Below, one piece after another: positions 60,901 through 64,000 of a stretch of 64,000 bases of DNA. The notes below the pieces were generated by a model, which was not told where the DNA came from, searched no databases, and saw nothing but the letters and a program-made list of their open reading frames with translations. Position 1 is the first letter of the stretch. Each line of letters opens with the position of its first letter. Both the position numbers and the translations under genes were made by a program. The DNA is from Octopus sinensis (lineage: Eukaryota): the NCBI RefSeq assembly GCF_006345805.1, contig NC_042998.1, positions 189,472,001 to 189,536,000 on the forward strand. Direction: 5' to 3'.

Positions 60901-62520
60901 GTTTGTTAACCAAACACTAGAGTATTCAGAGTTATGCACTGGCCTTCAGATGTATACATGCAGATGCTTAAGATTTAAACTCATAGCTATATGAATTTTA
61001 TAGTTCATCAATTTAACCTTACAATCATTATGTAAAATAATAGAACTATCCAACATACATTTAAAAATAAATGGTCAAAACAAGTACCACATGAGTTTCT
61101 ATTTTATTAGGTACATTTACATCCATGAGACACAAATGTTAATGTAGCTAATAAAGCTATATTAACATCTATTGATTTTTTGCCTCTCTTTTACTCTTTT
61201 ACTTGTTTCAGTCATTTGACTGTGGCCATGCTGGAGCACCGCCTTTAGTCGAGCAAATCGACCCCAGGACTTATTCTTTGTAAGCCCAGTACTTATTCTA
61301 TCGGTCTCTTTTGCCGAACCACTAAGTTACAGTGACGTAAAAACACCAGCATCGGTTGTCAAGTGATGTTGGGGGGACAAACACAGAAACACAAACATAT
61401 ATATATTTACATATATACGATGGGCTTCTTTCAGTTTCTATCTACCAAATCCATTCACAAGACTTTGGTTGGCCCGAAGCTATAGTAGAAGGCACTTGCC
61501 CAAGGTGCCATGCAGTGGGACTGAACCCGGAACCATGTGGTTTGTAAGCAAGCTACTTACCACACAGCCACTCCTACGCCTATGTCTATTTGTTAATAAG
61601 AAAATATACTCAACATCTGTGAAATCATTTATTTATGCTACCTTGATCCACAGTGTTGCTGTATAATTTTAAGTGTTGTCTTTATTTGAACAGATCTCAA
61701 CTAGTTTGGCAGAAGTACAGATCATTATCATGAGCCAAAAGACACTCAACCTGTTAGAAATGGTTGGCAAATCTCCCAGCTTGAAAAGGGAGACTCATTT
61801 GATAATACAGTCCTAGATGCACATTGTCTGAGAGAAAGATGGGCTAGAATACATTTGATCATAAAACTGCTCAGTCAGGGCTGACCTGGGGTTGAACTAC
61901 AACACTGCATTCATTTCACTTTGATGTTCAGACTCTTTCACATTTTAATATTTCAATAAGGCTTGACATCATCATCATCATTTAACGTATGTTTTCCATG
62001 CTAGCAAGGGTTGGATGGTTCAACCGGGTCTGGGAAGCCAGGAGGCTGCACCAGGCTCCAGTCTGATCTGGCAGTGTTTCTACAGCTGGATGCCCTTCCT
62101 AACGCCAACCACTCCGTGAGTGTAGCGGGTGCTTTTTACGTGCCACTGGCACAGGTGCCAGAGGAGGCTGGCAACGGCCATGATCGGTTGGTGCTTTTTA
62201 CGTGTCACCAGCACAGAAGCCAGTAAAGGTGGCACTATTGTTTTTATAAATTGATTTGATGTTGCTGATGAATGATCTGAACATCTGTACTGGTATAGAA
62301 AAACTTCTGAAAAAGTGTTCATAAGCAAAATTCAAATTAAGAAAGAGAAAATACCTTTATCTACTGAGGTTGACTTATTATGGATTGGTGGTGCAGTGTA
62401 ATCAGGGAAATTCACAACATTACTAGTGGTACCAAACCCTGAATCCCTGATTGTACGGATTAATAAATTGTAGAGTGGAAGATCTGGTTTAATTTTCAGA
62501 GAGCCCAATTGTTTCCAAAC
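49332..62520 (-). CDS. PTCD1: PTCD1, mitochondrial pentatricopeptide-repeat protein, 3' part: complement(join(49332-49508, 53617-53799, 56958-57074, 59894-60282, 62355-62520)); 5' exons outside window
   Basis: [34 protein letters not shown]...[33 protein letters not shown] and F..FY.KWL...EHPWEEF match PTCD1 segments (VW...PS..SYNLLL..RDCG, LLGG, PNLQTFCNLAIGC, HPWQKF). GT-AG introns, phases consistent. Confidence 0.88.
49731..50625 (-). mobile_element. Longest family C copy: RTE reverse-transcriptase C-terminus, tandem-repeat 3' UTR and (GAT)n tail
   Basis: [25 protein letters not shown] followed by a frameshifted [14 protein letters not shown]-type segment, then GTGCC..GGCAC monomers and the family C tail. 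Confidence 0.85.
51093..51151 (+). ncRNA. Type I hammerhead-ribozyme-like motif in a probable Penelope-like fragment
   Basis: ATAA-CTGAAGA-GATG...CATC-C-GAA-ACT(CGG)AGT-T-TTAT. Confidence 0.5.
52770..53030 (+). mobile_element. Old SINE fragment, possibly Nin-domain type
   Basis: GTCATAAGAGGCGAATCAA resembles the recalled Nin-domain GTCGTAAGAGGCGACTAA; ends GGCTAAACAACGACA. Confidence 0.35.
53617..53799 (-). CDS. PTCD1: PTCD1 exon
   Basis: attttag acceptor, GTATGT donor; 61 codons. Confidence 0.85.
53989..54023 (-). ncRNA. Minimal hammerhead-ribozyme-like motif of Penelope-like-element type
   Basis: Minus: GTTT-CCGATGA-A-GAGC(TCC)GCTC-GAA-ACGT-T-AAAC. Confidence 0.55.
55086..55280. repeat. 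Inverted repeat, 56-bp arms (1 mismatch), 83-bp spacer; MITE-like
   Basis: 55086-55141 versus 55225-55280. Confidence 0.85.
56468..56860 (-). mobile_element. Non-autonomous Helitron, same family as 19417-19790
   Basis: TC start with expanded (TA)n, CCCGAGCAACGCCGGG hairpin, CTAG end, A|T insertion site. Confidence 0.85.
56958..57074 (-). CDS. PTCD1: PTCD1 exon
   Basis: tttcag acceptor, GTAAGG donor; 39 codons. Confidence 0.9.
57577..57951. repeat. Interrupted (TA)n tract of about 375 bp
   Basis: Directly visible. Confidence 0.95.
57952..58329. mobile_element. Foldback element: ~178-bp inverted arms with a 21-nt spacer, in TA context
   Basis: 57952-58129 pairs with 58151-58329 with scattered mismatches and small indels. 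Confidence 0.85.
59894..60282 (-). CDS. PTCD1: PTCD1 exon
   Basis: tttcag acceptor, GTTTGT donor; PPR-like motifs. Confidence 0.88.
60504..60890 (-). mobile_element. Family B SINE, full length
   Basis: As above. Confidence 0.9.
61185..61582 (-). mobile_element. Family B SINE, full length
   Basis: As above. Confidence 0.9.
62355..62520 (-). CDS. PTCD1: PTCD1 exon (VWKQ...SVDK; not in the ORF track)
   Basis: T-rich cgtag acceptor, GTATTT donor; phase 1 joins to AC to give Asp. Confidence 0.85.
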
Positions 62521-64000
62521 CTACGAAAAAAAAAAAAATGAAACTTATTATTTACATGCATAATAGGTATGGCTATGTGGTTAAAAAGTTTGCATTGCAA
62601 CCATGTAGTTCTGGGTTTGATCCTACTGCACAGCACTTTGGATGAGTCTCTTCTACCATAGCCTGAGTCTGACATGCATGTAAAATTTGGCTGACAGAAA
62701 ACCCATCAAAAATATATACAAATATATAAGACACTGAGCCTTATGAAGGAGGTGATTAAGGACTGACATATCTGGCACACTGCCATACACTGAGGAGGAC
62801 CCCGTCTGCCACAGCAGGAATGATACTGATGCTGGTGCCATGTTAAAAGTACTGGTTCTGGTGCCACATAACAAGGACACACATATCATCAGAAAAGAAG
62901 GCAGTGCAAGGACCCTTTATAAGACCTGTGACTATGGAGGGACAAAGTTATTTTAAAAACTGAAAATCTGGCCTAGATGCTTGCAAAAGAGTAGACAATA
63001 CTAAAGGTATATACTAAATGTATAAGACCACCAACTGGTACCTAAAGTACTAGGTGATGTTAAACTGGTTATATACACACTACTATTATAGCTTTTAATT
63101 AGAATTGAAAATAATCTTGATTCTGATAATCAATGGTTAATTAGCTATCCTTCTTGTCAATGTTTCTAGTTCAGATATTAATTCCCAATAACCAGATAAA
63201 CTGGGGTTTGTGGAATTAAATGTCATGCCCAGAGGTACAATGAAATAGTTGTCATAGATTTGAAGCCAAGACCTTGGGAGTTTGCTATTAGTAACATTTT
63301 AGTTTTGTAATCAACCATTTTGTCACCTCTATAAACCACAAAAATAAAAAATAAAAAAAAAATTAAAACTTATGAGGGAGTTGCTATATGGTCTCAAGAC
63401 CTGCTAGAAACAGCAACCAAATCTCCCCGAAATAATGTCGGTGTTGTAAAGAAAGACATTAGATATAGTTTGAAGAGATACTATTTCTGAATATAAGATA
63501 GAATGGTCATAGGTTGAAATTTTGCTCACAGGTTTCTTTGGTCACTGTTTTAACATCCACTTTTATTGCTTGTAAAGGGTCAGACAGAATTTGTTGAGGT
63601 GCATTTTTTAAGGTCATATGCTCTTCCTCTTGCTAGCTCTCAACTGTTTTCAAATAAGGAAGTATTTCCTCATAACCAGACATGTTTTCACAGAAGACTG
63701 GAAATGAAGTACACTTCTAGCGTGACAGTAACACTCATTTATATCATACGATGTCAAGTCAAAGAGACAGCAAGACACACACACATCATCATCGTTTAAC
63801 GTCCGTTTTCCATGCTAGCATGGGTTGGACGGTTCGACTGGGATCTGGGAAGCCAGGAGGCTGCACCAGGCTCCAGTCTGATCTGGCAGTTTTTCTACAG
63901 CTGGATGCCCTTCATAACGCCAACCACTCCATGAGTGTAGTGGGTGCTTTTTACGTGCCACCGGCACAGGGGTCTGAGGAGGCATCATCATCATCATCGT

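Overview
Eukaryotic, AT-rich, repeat-dense genomic DNA. The SINE/LINE and microsatellite content suggests an octopod cephalopod (inference, not checked). Three host genes can be built by hand, all with GT-AG introns and consistent phases. (1) An intronless 475-aa glutaredoxin-DEP-DUF547 gene (minus, 9537-10964). (2) A complete 7-exon TVP23 (FAM18) Golgi membrane protein gene (plus, 11092-47484, 222 aa, 26.6-kb first intron), whose ATG is only 127 bp from gene 1 in head-to-head orientation. (3) The last five exons of the mitochondrial PPR gene PTCD1 (minus, 49332-62520; 5' part lies beyond the window), convergent with TVP23. The rest is mostly mobile DNA: a full-length frameshifted mariner, hAT/Tc1/CRE/Tx1/CR1/RTE remnants, about 30 RTE 3' ends, several tRNA-SINE families, two Helitrons, piggyBac- and hAT-type MITEs, foldback elements and Penelope-like fragments with hammerhead-ribozyme-like cores. 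Most notable: the possible retrogene sharing a tiny bidirectional promoter with TVP23, a copy of PTCD1's own last exon pasted downstream of its stop between 61-bp direct repeats, two hammerhead-like motifs in a PTCD1 intron, and a recurrent SINE multimer junction. No clearly new biological system is demonstrated. Repeat boundaries without a TSD are approximate.
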